Assembly (NCBI GenBank): GCA_900234795.1
Contig: LT962688.1
Location: 5,280,001-5,312,000, forward strand
Direction of reading: 5' to 3'
DNA from: Methylorubrum extorquens
GTDB lineage: Bacteria; Pseudomonadota; Alphaproteobacteria; Rhizobiales; Beijerinckiaceae
DNA: 32,000 nucleotides
The notes under the pieces were generated by a model. The model ran no database searches. It was not told where the DNA came from and saw only the letters and a program-made list of their open reading frames with translations. Shown here piece by piece: positions 8,110-17,542 of this stretch. The stretch's first letter is position 1; every line of letters starts with the position of its first letter. Position numbers and translations under genes: made by a program.

Positions 8110-9530
8110 GTGACGTCTTCACCGAGCCTCGCGGCCGGCGCCCTCGGGCGGCCGCCGGCTTCGCCCTGGCTCGACGAGCTGCGCGCGACACTGAAACTGT
8201 CGGCGCCGCTCGTCCTCATCAACCTCGCCCAGCACGGTCTGGTCGCCTCGAACGCGGTGCTGCTCGGCCGGCTCGGCGCCGAGCCCATCGCCGCGGGCGC
8301 GCTCGCCACCAGCCTCTACCTGCTGCTGTTCATCGGCGGCATCGGCCTCACCTCCGCGGTGGCACCCCCTCGTCGCGGAGGCCGTCGGGCGGGCGGCGGG
8401 CGCGGGGGCGGACGAGGTGCGGCGCACGGTCCGGGCGGGCCTGTGGGTCGGCTTCCTCGTCACGCTCGCACTGATGCCGGGGCTCTGGTTCACGGAAGGG
8501 CTGCTGCTCGCGCTCCACCAGGAGCCGGCCGTCGCCCGCGAGGCCGGCGCCTATATGCGGGTGCTGCAATGGTGGATGTTCCCGGCCCTCGCCTTCATGG
8601 TGCTGAAGGGCGCGCTCGCCGCGCTCCAGCGCCCGGGGCCGCCGCTCGCCGTGAGCCTTGCCGCGCTTCCGCTCAACATCGCGCTCGGGGCCTTCTTCGC
8701 CTTCGGCCCGACGGACCTCGGCATCGTCGGCGTCGCGCTCGGCACCGTGATCACTGAGTTCCTGGCGATCGCTGCCCTGGTCGCGGTGATCCGGCTCGAC
8801 GGGGGCCTCCGCCGCCACCGCATGTTCGCCCGCCTCTGGCGCTTCGATGCCGAGCGTTTCGCCCGCGTCGTGCGGGTCGGCCTGCCGATGGGTGTAGCGG
8901 GCATCGCCGAGGCCGGGTTGTTCGAGGCGGCCACGGTGGCGATGGGCACCTTCGGCACGCTGCCGCTCGCCGCCCACGCGATCACGCTGCAGATCGCGGC
9001 GACCTGCTTCATGGTACCCAACGGCATCGGGCAGGCGGCGACGGTGCGGGTCGGCCGCGCCTATGGCGCCGCGGACCGGGCGGGCCTGCGCCGCGCGGGC
9101 GCTGTCGCGCTCTGGCTCGGCTTCGGCTTCATGGTGGCCTGCGCGCTGGCGCAGCTTTTTCGCTCCGCACACGCTGATCAACCTGTTCCTCGACGCCGAG
9201 GCGCCGGGCGCGGCCCAAGTCTATCCCGTCGCCGCCGGATTCCTGATCTTCTCGGCGCTGTTCGCGATTTCGGACGGCGTGCAGTCGGTGGCGCTGGGCG
9301 CCTTGCGCGGCTTGCAGGACACCAAGGTGCCGATGCTGATCGCGCTGTTCGGCTACTGGGGCATCGGAGTGCCGCTCGGGGCGGCGCTCGCCTGGGGCGC
9401 GGGCATGGGCGGACGCGGGATCTGGGCGGGTTTCTGCGCCGGCCTTCTCGTGGTCTCGGTGGCGCTGGTGATCCGCTGGCGGCGGCTGAGCGCCGGCCGC
9501 CCGCGCGTCCCAAGCGCGCAGCCGGCGTGA
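8110..9530 (+). pseudogene. MATE family efflux transporter (NorM-like), split over three frames by two homopolymer-associated +1 shifts
   Basis: Frame 1 (8110-~8367) reads ..LKLSAPLVLINLAQHGLVASNAVLLGRLG..GIGLTSAVAP. It continues in frame 2 (..LVAEAVGRAAGAGADEVRRTVRAGLWVG.. to ..FMVACALAQLF). It then continues in frame 0 (..APHTLINLFLDAEAPGAAQVYPVAAGFLIFSALFAISDGVQSVALGALRGLQDTKVPM..). The shifts sit at C5 (8365-8369) and T5 (9156-9160). Removing one base at each restores a ~472-aa MATE protein. Confidence 0.85.
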
Positions 9531-9595
9531 GGCCGGAACCGCGTCCGAAACGCCCCCGTTCTCGCCCCGACGATAGCGGGAGGACGAGGGGCGCC

Positions 9596-9943
9596 ATGGC
9601 TGAGAAAGACGATCACGAGACCATCTGGAAGGACTTCAAGGGCGCGGTGAACATGACCGCCTCGGCCCTCGAAAAATTCCTGGAGACCGACGAGAGCCAG
9701 TCGGTCGGCCAGAAGAAGGACGGCGGCGAGGCCACCGGCCACAAAGAGGGCCGGCGCATCGTCGAGATCCTTCACAAGAAGAAGGCCGACCTCAGCGACG
9801 ACGACTACGCTCACATGAAGAAGGTGGTGGGCTACGTGAACCGTCACCTCAAACAGGGCGGGCCCGAGGACAAGTCCAAGACCGAGGACTCACCCTGGCG
9901 GCTGTCGCTGATGAACTGGGGCCACGATCCGCTGAAGGACTGA
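9596..9943 (+). CDS. DUF3140 domain-containing protein
   Basis: 115 aa: MAEKDDHETIWKDFKGAVNMTASALEKFLETDES...ATGHKEGRRIVEILHKKKADLSDDDYAHMKKVVGYVNRHLKQ...WRLSLMNWGHDPLKD, with the family-typical C-terminal WR.SLMNWGHDPLK. SD GGGAGGA lies upstream. This ORF is the real part of track ORF 8417..9943. Confidence 0.75.
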   Translation: MAEKDDHETIWKDFKGAVNMTASALEKFLETDESQSVGQKKDGGEATGHKEGRRIVEILHKKKADLSDDDYAHMKKVVGYVNRHLKQGGPEDKSKTEDSPWRLSLMNWGHDPLKD

Positions 9944-9954
9944 CGGTCCGTTCG

Positions 9955-11053
9955 TCAGGCGGCCCGGCGTCGCTCCGGATAGAGCCTGGCCAAGCCGTCC
10001 TCGGAGGCGTCGCAGACGCCGCGTTCGGTGATGATGCCGGTGACGAGGCGGGCGGGCGTCACGTCGAAGGCCGGGTTGGCCACCGGGCTTCCCGGTGAGA
10101 CCACGGCGACGGTGGCGAAAGCACCGTCGTCGGTGCGGCCGGTGAGATGGGTGACCTCGCGGGCGTCGCGCTCCTCGATCGGGATGTCGCGCACCCCGTC
10201 GGACAAGGTCCAGTCGATCGTCGAGAACGGCAGCGCCGCGTAGAACGGGATGCGGTTGTCGGTGGCGGCCAGCGCCTTCAGATAGGTGCCGATCTTGTTG
10301 CAGACGTCGCCCGACGCCGTGGTGCGGTCCGAGCCGACGATGCAGACATCGACCTGCCCGTGCTGCATTAGGTGGCCGCCGGCATTGTCGGCGATCACGG
10401 TGTGCGGCACGCCGTGGGCGTTGAGTTCGAAGGCGGTGAGCGCCGCGCCCTGGTTGCGCGGCCGGGTCTCGTCCACGAAGACGTGGACCGGCACGCCGGC
10501 ATCGTGCGCGACGTAGATCGGCGCCAGCGCTGTGCCCCAATCGACCGTGGCGAGCCAGCCGGCGTTGCAATGGGTCAGCACGTTGACCGGTCCATCCCTC
10601 TTCGCGGCGATCTCGGACAGGATCTTGGCACCGTGCTCGCCGATGGCGCGGCAGCTCGCGACGTCCTCGTCGGCGATGGCAGCGGCCTCCGTGAAGGCCA
10701 GCGCCTCACGCGCCGATTCCGGGGCGCGGCGCAGCACGGCGGCCATCCGGTCGAGCGCCCAGCGCAGGTTGATCGCGGTCGGCCGGGTCGCGGCGAGCGT
10801 CGCGGAGGCCCGCTCGATCCCCGCCTCGCTCGCATCCTTCCGCATGGCCAGCGCCATGCCGTAGGCGGCGGTGACGCCGATCAGCGGCGCGCCGCGCACC
10901 ACCATGGTGCGGATCGCCACCGCGGCATCGTCGAGGCTCGCCAGCCGCTTGAGTTCGAAGGCGAAGGGCAGCCGGGTCTGGTCGATGACCATGACGGCAT
11001 CACCGTCGGCCTCGGGGGAAGATGGTGCGGTAGGGGCGGCCGTCGATCTTCAT
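9955..11053 (-). pseudogene. mtnA: S-methyl-5-thioribose-1-phosphate isomerase MtnA, N-terminal 20 codons displaced by a +1 shift
   Basis: 345-aa ORF (9955-10992) reads [96 protein letters not shown]... The expected N-terminus [20 protein letters not shown] starts at ATG 11053 in another frame. The junction is at G5 (11014-11018; C5 on the coding strand), and deleting one base joins the frames. Confidence 0.85.
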
Positions 11054-11195
11054 GGTGTGCTCGCGCGTGAGAGCATCGGCTCGGCCGCGGCCAGGGCCGT
11101 CCGGAGCGATGCCTGACGATGTCTCATCGCGCGAGTGTGTCGGCAGGATGGCCCCGGCTGGTCAAGTCGTCCGAGGCCGTCTTTCGACGGCGTTT

Positions 11196-11399
11196 TCAGC
11201 GCTTCACCCGTTCGACGTAAATGTCGAGATAGGCGCCGTCGTCGAGGCCGAGCAGGTCGCGGATCATGCCGGGCAGCTTGCACAGCAGGGCCGGCATGGT
11301 CGGCGCCTCGGTGGCGAGGCCCGGCACCGGCGAGTCGTGCACGAAGAAGACGCCGGCCGCCTCGTCCCAGGCGCAGCGAACGGTGAATTTGCGGGCCAT
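11196..11399 (-). CDS. DUF1902 domain-containing protein (HicB-like antitoxin fold), no adjacent HicA-like partner
   Basis: 67 aa: MARKFTVRCAWDEAAGVFFVHDSPVPGLATEAPTMPALLCKLPGMIRDLLGLDDGAYLDIYVERVKR. ATG 11399 is preceded by CAAGAGGATCGCGCG (SD). The track ORF extends to a GTG at 11588 through a Pro-rich repeat and overlaps the serA 3' end. I consider that extension doubtful. Confidence 0.65.
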   Translation of the reverse strand: MARKFTVRCAWDEAAGVFFVHDSPVPGLATEAPTMPALLCKLPGMIRDLLGLDDGAYLDIYVERVKR

Positions 11400-11484
11400 C
11401 GCGCGATCCTCTTGGTCAGGGGGGAGGGGGGACGGCGCGCGGGGCGCCGTGCCGTCACGGTCGAGGGGGCGGTCGGGATCGTCC

Positions 11485-11568
11485 GCCGGGGCCTTGCTGG
11501 CCTCAGCCGGGGGCTTGCCGGCCTCAGCCGGGGGCTTGCCGGCCTTAGCCGGGGGCTTGCCGGCCTCA
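11485..11568. repeat. Tandem repeat, 21 bp x 4 (GCCGGGGGCTTGCCGGCCTCA; first copy degenerate, third has one substitution)
   Basis: Copies at 11485-11505, 11506-11526, 11527-11547 and 11548-11568. The TCA ending the last copy is the complement of the serA TGA stop (11566-11568). On the minus strand the unit encodes AGKPPAE/K heptads in the frame of the extended DUF1902 ORF. Confidence 0.9.
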
Positions 11569-13183
11569 GAAGCGTACGGGGCAGACACGTTTCACCTGTG
11601 GGATCGCTTCGATCGCCTTCAGAACCTCGGGAGAGACCTCGGCATCGACCGCCACGAAGGCGATGGCGTTGCCGCCCTCGGCCTCGCGGCCCATCGCGAA
11701 GGTCGCGAGGTTGACGCCGGCCTCGCCGAGCACGGTGCCGAAGCTGCCGACGAAGCCCGGCCTGTCGTGGTTGCGCACGTAGAGCATCAGCGGCGCGAAG
11801 GGGGGCGTCGATGTTGATGCCGCGGATCTCGATGACGCGCGGCTTGCCGTCGTTGAAGACGGTGCCGGCGGCGTCGCGCGGCATGTCCTCGGCGTCCACG
11901 GTGATGCGCACCACCGATTCGTAGTCGCTGGCCCCGCCCTCGCGCTTGATCTCGTCGATGACGATCCCACGATCCCGCGCGATCACGGGGGCCGAGACCA
12001 TGTTCACCTCTTGCAGGATCGGGCGCAGCACGCCGGTCACCGCTGCCGAGGTCAGCGCCCGGGTGTTCATCCCGGCCACCGCACCCTCGTAGGTGATGCG
12101 GATGCCCTTGATCGGCGCTTCCGTGAGCTGGCCCAGGAACGAGCCGAGTTTTTCGCACAGGGCGACGAACGGCTTGAGGCGCGGCGCCTCCTCGGCCGAG
12201 ATCGAGGGGAAGTTGATCGCGTTGGTGATGGCGCCGCTGAGGAGGTAATCCGCCATCTGCTCGGCGATCTGGAGCGCCACGTTCTCCTGCGCCTCGGAGG
12301 TCGCGGCGCCGAGATGCGGCGTGCAGATCACGTTCGGGTGGCCGAAGAGCGGGTTCTCGATCGCCGGCTCGGTCACGAACACGTCGAGGGCCGCGCCCGC
12401 GACATGGCCGGAATCGAGGGCGGCACGCAGCGCGATCTCATCGACGAGTCCGCCGCGGGCGCAGTTGACGATGCGCACGCCGCGCTTGGTCTTGGCGAGG
12501 TTCTCTTCCGAGAGGAGGTTGCGGGTCTTGTCGGTGAGCGGCACGTGCAGGGTGATGATGTCGGCCCGCGCCAGCAATTCGTCGAGTTCGACCTTCTCGA
12601 CGCCGATCTCGAAGGCGCGCTCCGGCGTCAGGAAGGGATCGTAGGCGATCACCTTCAGCTTGAGCCCGATCGCCCGGTCGGCGACCACGGCGCCGATATT
12701 GCCGCAGCCGACGACGCCGAGCGTCTTGGCCGTCAGCTCGACGCCCATGAAGCGGTTCTTCTCCCACTTGCCGGCCTGGGTGGAGGCGTCCGCCGCCGGG
12801 ATCTGGCGGGCGAGCGCGAAGATCAAGGCGATGGCGTGCTCGGCGGTGGTGATTGAATTGCCGAACGGCGTGTTCATCACGATCACGCCCCTGGCGGTCG
12901 CGGCCGGCACATCGATGGTGTCGACACCGATACCGGCGCGGCCGATCACCTTCAGCCGGGTGGCTTGCGCCAGCAGCTTGTCCGTCACCTTGGTGGCGGA
13001 GCGGATGGCGAGCCCGTCATATTGGCCGATGACGGCGGCCAGCGCCTCCTTGTCCTTGCCGAGGCCGGGCTGAAAATCGACCTCGATGCCGCGATCGCGG
13101 AAGATCTGGACGGCGGCGTCGGACAGGGCGTCGGTGATGAGGACCTTGGGCCTGGTCTGGGTGAGCTTAGGCACGGGAAGCAC
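11566..13183 (-). pseudogene. serA: D-3-phosphoglycerate dehydrogenase SerA (long form with ASB and ACT domains), +1 shift before the ACT domain
   Basis: ..KVLITDALSD..IGRAGIGVDTIDV..TLGVVGCGNIGAVVA..HVPLT..NCARGG..DVF..EP..TPHLGA.. is followed to ..KPRVIEIRGINIDAP. The true C-terminus FAPLMLYVRNHDRPGFVGSFGTVLGEAGVNLATFAMGRE...VKRVCPVRF* is in another frame (track ORF 11566..11970). The junction is at G6 (11800-11805; C6 on the coding strand), and removing one base restores ..IDAPFAPLMLY... The likely real start is the GTG at 13174 (GAGG 8 nt upstream) rather than 13183. Confidence 0.9.
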
Positions 13184-13280
13184 CTCGCATCATGCGGGCG
13201 CGCAGGATCGCTGCCTCGCACGGAGGCATGGCCGGTCGCCGCGTCGCGCGGGACATTCACCGGCGGATCGCTGGAGCGCG

Positions 13281-13316
13281 TCAATAAGCAAATGGCCGGT
13301 CTCGCGACCGGCCATC
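13281..13316 (-). terminator. Probable intrinsic terminator after serC
   Basis: Perfect 10-bp stem ATGGCCGGTC-(4 nt loop)-GACCGGCCAT at 13292-13315. On the minus strand it is followed by TTTGCTTATT, 17 nt after the serC stop. Confidence 0.6.
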
Positions 13317-13332
13317 ATGACGTCTCAGACCC

Positions 13333-14517
13333 TCAGGCCGCCGCGGCGGCGAGCGCCGCCTTCTCCTGGGCGAAGGCCCAGTCGAGCCAGGGGGTGAGCG
13401 CCGCGAGGTCGGACGCCTCTACGGTGGCCCCGCACCAGATGCGCAGGCCGGCCGGCGCGTCGCGGTAGGCACCGAAGTCGAAGGCGACGCCTTCTTTTTC
13501 CAGCCGCGTGACGAGGGCGGCGGCGAACGCCTTCACCGCGGCATCGCCCTTGGCGAGCACGTCCGAGTCGGTGATCACGAGGCAGACGCCCGTGTTCGAG
13601 TAGGTCGCCGGGTCCACCGCGAGGTGGCCGATCCAGGGGGTGCGCGCCACCCAATCGTGGATCACCCGCGCATTGGCGTCCGCCCGCGCATGCAGCGCGT
13701 CGAGGCCGCCGATGCTCTGCGCCCAATTCAGGGTGTCGATGTAATCCTCGACCGCGAGCATGGAGGGCGTGTTGATGGTCTCGCCCTTGAAGATGCCCTC
13801 GAGCAGCTTGCCGCCCTTGGTCAGGCGGAACACCTTCGGGATTGGCCAAGCCGGCGTGTGGCTCTCGAGGCGCGCCACGGCGCGCGGCGAGAGGATCAGC
13901 ATGCCGTGCGCGGCCTCGCCGCCCATCACCTTCTGCCAGGAATAGGTGACGACATCGAGCTTGTCCCACGGCAGCGGCATCGCGAAGGCGGCCGAGGTCG
14001 CGTCGCAGATGGTGACGCCCTCGCGGTCGTCGGCGATCCAGTCGGCGTGCGGGACCTTCACGCCGGCGGTGGTGCCGTTCCAGGTGAAGACGACGTCGTT
14101 GTTCTTGGTGTCGATCGCGTCGAGCTTGGGCAGGATGCCGTGCTCGCCGACATGCACCTTCGGGTCGATCCGGAGTTCCTTGAGCGCGTCGGTGACCCAC
14201 TCGGCACCGAACGAATCCCAGGCCATCACCTCGACGGGCTTCGGCCCGAGCATCGACCACATCGCCATCTCGACGGCACCGGTATCGGAGCCGGGGACGA
14301 TGCCGATACGGTAATCGGCGGGGATGCGCAGAACCTTGCGGGTCAGCTCGATGGCTTCGGCGAGCTTGGCCTTGCCGACGGCCGAGCGGTGCGAGCGGCC
14401 GAGCGCGGCACCGGAGAGGGCATCGAGGCTCCAGCCGGGACGCTTGGTCGTGGGGCCGGACGAGAAATAAGGCACGCGCGGACGCGCGGCGGGCATTTGA
14501 GCCGTCATGTCATCCAT
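13333..14517 (-). CDS. serC: Phosphoserine aminotransferase (alphaproteobacterial ~390-aa type)
   Basis: ..[88 protein letters not shown].. It is adjacent to serA. The start is probably the second ATG at 14508 (GGAAGG 9 nt upstream), and the first ATG at 14517 abuts the SD. Confidence 0.9.
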   Translation of the reverse strand: MDDMTAQMPAARPRVPYFSSGPTTKRPGWSLDALSGAALGRSHRSAVGKAKLAEAIELTRKVLRIPADYRIGIVPGSDTGAVEMAMWSMLGPKPVEVMAWDSFGAEWVTDALKELRIDPKVHVGEHGILPKLDAIDTKNNDVVFTWNGTTAGVKVPHADWIADDREGVTICDATSAAFAMPLPWDKLDVVTYSWQKVMGGEAAHGMLILSPRAVARLESHTPAWPIPKVFRLTKGGKLLEGIFKGETINTPSMLAVEDYIDTLNWAQSIGGLDALHARADANARVIHDWVARTPWIGHLAVDPATYSNTGVCLVITDSDVLAKGDAAVKAFAAALVTRLEKEGVAFDFGAYRDAPAGLRIWCGATVEASDLAALTPWLDWAFAQEKAALAAAAA

Positions 14518-14681
14518 CCTTCCAGATGGTTGCCTCCCGTTGGGGGGAGGTGTCCCGCCGCTGGAGATGACGGATCACGCGCCACAATGCAAGCGGCCAT
14601 TGCTGCATTCAGCGCCGTGTGTGCTGCCGGTGACAGAACGATCGTTCAGTTGCCGGAAGAATAGATGTGGTGAAGTTCCAT

Positions 14682-15404
14682 CTAAGGTTCGCCCCGCTCC
14701 AGCAGGTCGGGGCGGCGCGCCTGCGTCAGCGCACGGCTCTGCTCTGCCCGCCAGCGGGCGATGGCGGCGTGGTTGCCGCCCATCAGCACGTCGGGAATCG
14801 TCCGGCCCTCCCATTCTCGGGGCCGAGTGTAGTGCGGGTATTCGAGCAGGCCGCCCTCGAAGCTCTCCTCGACGCCCGAGGCGTGCTTGCCCATCACGCC
14901 GGGCAGCAGGCGCACGCAGGCGTCGATGAGCACCACGGCCGCGATCTCGCCGCCTGAGAGCACGTAGTCGCCGATCGAGACCTCCTCCAACGCGCGCGCC
15001 TCGATCACCCGCTCGTCCACGCCCTCGAAGCGGCCGCAGACGATGATGGCGCCCGGCCCCTCGGCCAGCGCCCGCACGCGGTCCTGCGTCAGCGGCCTTC
15101 CGCGCGGGGACATCAGGAGGCGGGGGCGGGGATCGTCCGTCGGCGCCGCGGCATCGATGGCGGCCCCGAGCACGTCGCAGCGCAGCACCATCCCGGCCCC
15201 GCCGCCGGCCGGCGTGTCGTCGACGCTGCGGTGCCGGCCGAGCCCGTGCTCGCGGATCTGACGCGGCTCCAGGCTCCACGTCCCCCGGCCGAGCGCGTCC
15301 CCCGACAGCGAATGGCCCAGCGGGCCGGGAAACATCTCCGGGTAAAGGGTCAGGACGGTGGCCCGCCAGGGGGCCGCCGCGCCGGGGAGAATGGGCTCGC
15401 TCAT
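14682..15404 (-). CDS. trmD: tRNA (guanine37-N1)-methyltransferase TrmD
   Basis: 240 aa: ..[129 protein letters not shown]. Confidence 0.92.
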   Translation of the reverse strand: MSEPILPGAAAPWRATVLTLYPEMFPGPLGHSLSGDALGRGTWSLEPRQIREHGLGRHRSVDDTPAGGGAGMVLRCDVLGAAIDAAAPTDDPRPRLLMSPRGRPLTQDRVRALAEGPGAIIVCGRFEGVDERVIEARALEEVSIGDYVLSGGEIAAVVLIDACVRLLPGVMGKHASGVEESFEGGLLEYPHYTRPREWEGRTIPDVLMGGNHAAIARWRAEQSRALTQARRPDLLERGEP

Positions 15405-15513
15405 GCCGCTTGATGGCGGCGGCGGGCGGGCCGGTCAACGGAGGCGACCCGCCGGAGCCTCGTTAAGCAGTGTGAGCGTCGGCCCCTGGAAAACGAAGGT
15501 GCCGACGCGACGG

Positions 15514-15831
15514 TCAGCGCCGAGCCATCGGTGCCCGCCGCTTCGGTGCGGAATTGCGATGGCTCTTGAGCCGCAGTTGCGGGCGCGGGCGAATGCTGCG
15601 CGCGGCCGGGTCCATGCCGGGCTCGGCGTAGGGCTCCGCGGAATATCCGGACGGCCGGTTCACCGTGGAGAGGCCGAACGGATCGGGCGAGCCCATAGGC
15701 AGCCCGACCGTCGCGCCGGGCATACCCTGGGCCTGGGCGAGGCTCGCCGGTAGGAGCGTCAGCGCTAGGGCGGCGGAAGCCGCGAGGATCGCGTGGCGAA
15801 GGAAGGGAGGGCGAAGAATCGGGTTGTGCAT
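15514..15831 (-). CDS. Hypothetical small secreted protein (signal peptide)
   Basis: Internal ATG (15831) of track ORF 15514..16101. MHNPILRPPFLRHAILAASAALALTLLPASLAQAQG has a typical Sec signal with an AQA-Q cleavage motif. It is followed by a Pro/Gly-rich mature part and a basic tail. I recognise no family and the SD is weak. Confidence 0.45.
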   Translation of the reverse strand: MHNPILRPPFLRHAILAASAALALTLLPASLAQAQGMPGATVGLPMGSPDPFGLSTVNRPSGYSAEPYAEPGMDPAARSIRPRPQLRLKSHRNSAPKRRAPMARR

Positions 15832-15940
15832 GGGGTTCTCGTTCGCGCCTGGGTTCGGACCTGCCTCGACTGAACGGGGCATATTCGCGAAGGTTCGCCC
15901 CGGCCGGTGCGTTCCGCGCATTCGTGCGTTGAAAGCCGGC

Positions 15941-16672
15941 ATGATCCGCTTTGACGCCGCCCTCGTTCTCCTGTCGCTTCCGGCCCTCGCGGCCGAGCCG
16001 CTCGCGCCTCCCGGCGCGCCGTCCGAGCGATTCCCGAGGCCGGATCGCCCGGTCGCCGAGATCGTCGCGCCGCAATGGGCGCATGAGCGGGAGCGGGACA
16101 AGGCGGACGAGGTGGGGCAGGTCGCCCGCCTGATGCGGATCGCCCCCGGCGAGACGGTGGCCGATATCGGCGCGGGCAGCGGCTACTACGTGTTCCGTCT
16201 GAGCTCCCGCGTCGGCCCGCAGGGGCGCATCCTTGCGCAGGACATCACGCCGGATTACCTCGCCGATCTGGAGCGCCGGCTCGCGGAATCGGGGTTGTCC
16301 AACGTCACCGTGGTGCGCGGCGAGGCGCACGACCCGCGCCTGCCGCCCGGCTCGGTCGATGCGGCGGTGCTGGTCCACATGTACCACGAGATCGCCCAGC
16401 CCTTCGGCCTGCTCTGGAACCTCGCCGCCGCGATGAAACCCGGCGGCCGGGTCGGGATCGTCGATGCCGATGCGATCCCCTCGCGTCACGGCACGCCGCC
16501 GAAACTCCTGCGCTGCGAACTCGCAGCTGTCGGCTACCGCGAGGTGTCGATGACGCGGCTGAAGGGCGGGGTCGGCTATCTCGCCGTCTTCGAGGCGCCA
16601 TCACCGGATCGGCGGCCGGCACCGGAGACGATCCGCCCCTGCCGGGACGAGACCACGCGCGAAAGGCGCTAA
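15941..16672 (+). CDS. Class I SAM-dependent methyltransferase with an N-terminal signal-peptide-like sequence
   Basis: ATG 15941 lies within track ORF 15665..16672. MIRFDAALVLLSLPALAAEP.. is signal-like. Motif I is ETVADIGAGSGYYVFRL, followed by ILAQDI (acidic loop) and AAVLVHMYHEI..PGGRVGIVD (motifs II/III). Confidence 0.75.
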   Translation: MIRFDAALVLLSLPALAAEPLAPPGAPSERFPRPDRPVAEIVAPQWAHERERDKADEVGQVARLMRIAPGETVADIGAGSGYYVFRLSSRVGPQGRILAQDITPDYLADLERRLAESGLSNVTVVRGEAHDPRLPPGSVDAAVLVHMYHEIAQPFGLLWNLAAAMKPGGRVGIVDADAIPSRHGTPPKLLRCELAAVGYREVSMTRLKGGVGYLAVFEAPSPDRRPAPETIRPCRDETTRERR

Positions 16673-16740
16673 GGCGTCTTTACCGAATCGGAGGGGTTGG
16701 CCGGCCACGCTGCCGGCCCGTCCTCATAATCCGCTCGGCA

Positions 16741-17535
16741 ATGATCCTCGACCTCTGGCTCGACCAACCCGTCTGGTTGATGTTCACCCTCCTCTCGGGC
16801 GTCTTCCTCGCGCTCTGTCTGTTGTTGAGCCTGCTCTCGAACCTGCCGTGGACGCGGTCGGGGATGCGCCTGCTCGCGACCGGAATCGTGCCGCCCTATA
16901 TCGGCGTGATCGCGGTGCTGCTCTCGCTGCTGACGGGCTTCGTCGCCAACGATGCCTGGGAGCGCCAGCGGCAGGCCAGCCGCGTGGTCCAGGCCGAGCG
17001 GTCGCACGCGCTCGCGGTCTACGATCTCAGCATCGCCTCCGCGCCGGACATGAGCGGCCTGCGCACCTCGCTGTTCGCCTATCTCGATGCCGTCGTGAAG
17101 GAGGAGTGGCCCTCCATGGCCGCGGACGGCGCCTCGGCCCCGGCCGTCGGCCAAGCGCTCGGGCGCCTGCTTCAGACGGCGGCCGACCCGCGCACGGCCG
17201 CGGAGGCGGGCGAGGCGACCTATGCGGCCCTTCTCGAAGCGGTGATGCAACTCCGCTCGGCCCGTAGCGAGCGTCTCGCCCTCAGCGCCGCGCGCAGCGA
17301 CGAGAGCAAGTGGCTGACGCTACTCGTACTCGCCGTCCTGACGCTGACATCGATCGCCCTCGTCCATTGCGAGCGCCCGTTCGCGCAAGCGACGACGCTT
17401 GCGCTGTTCTCCGCCGCGATGGTGACGACGCTCAGCGTGATCGCGATGCATGAGCGCCCCTTCGATGGGCCCCTGGCGCTGTCGTCCGAACCGATCCGCC
17501 TCGCCCGCGTCGCGATGGAGGCGGGCACACGCTGA
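16741..17535 (+). CDS. DUF4239 domain-containing membrane protein
   Basis: 264 aa with two N-terminal and two C-terminal TM helices around a soluble helical region. Contains ..FVANDAWERQRQA.., ..LDAVVKEEWPSM.., ..MHERPFDGPLALS.., as in DUF4239 proteins. The family call is from memory. Confidence 0.6.
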   Translation: MILDLWLDQPVWLMFTLLSGVFLALCLLLSLLSNLPWTRSGMRLLATGIVPPYIGVIAVLLSLLTGFVANDAWERQRQASRVVQAERSHALAVYDLSIASAPDMSGLRTSLFAYLDAVVKEEWPSMAADGASAPAVGQALGRLLQTAADPRTAAEAGEATYAALLEAVMQLRSARSERLALSAARSDESKWLTLLVLAVLTLTSIALVHCERPFAQATTLALFSAAMVTTLSVIAMHERPFDGPLALSSEPIRLARVAMEAGTR

Positions 17536-17542
17536 TCGGTGA

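Noticed and set aside
11175-11195. Hairpin GCCGTC-TTTC-GACGGC followed by GTTTTCAG on the plus strand; considered a terminator.
   Set aside because: No plus-strand gene ends upstream of it. On the minus strand, where it follows the DUF1902 stop, it has no U-tract. The stem is only 6 bp.
11485-11568. Regularly spaced 21-bp repeats considered as a possible CRISPR array.
   Set aside because: The copies are directly abutting with no spacers, and no cas genes are present. It is a simple tandem (minisatellite-type) repeat.
11196-11588. 130-aa version of the DUF1902 ORF starting at a GTG inside serA, and the 639-aa serA read-through ORF (11264..13183).
   Set aside because: The long serA ORF is produced by the frameshift at 11800-11805 and overlaps the DUF1902 gene out of frame. 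The 130-aa extension has no SD, overlaps serA, and is low-complexity. It also crosses two G6 runs whose lengths cannot be trusted in this assembly. The SD-preceded ATG at 11399 is the supported start.
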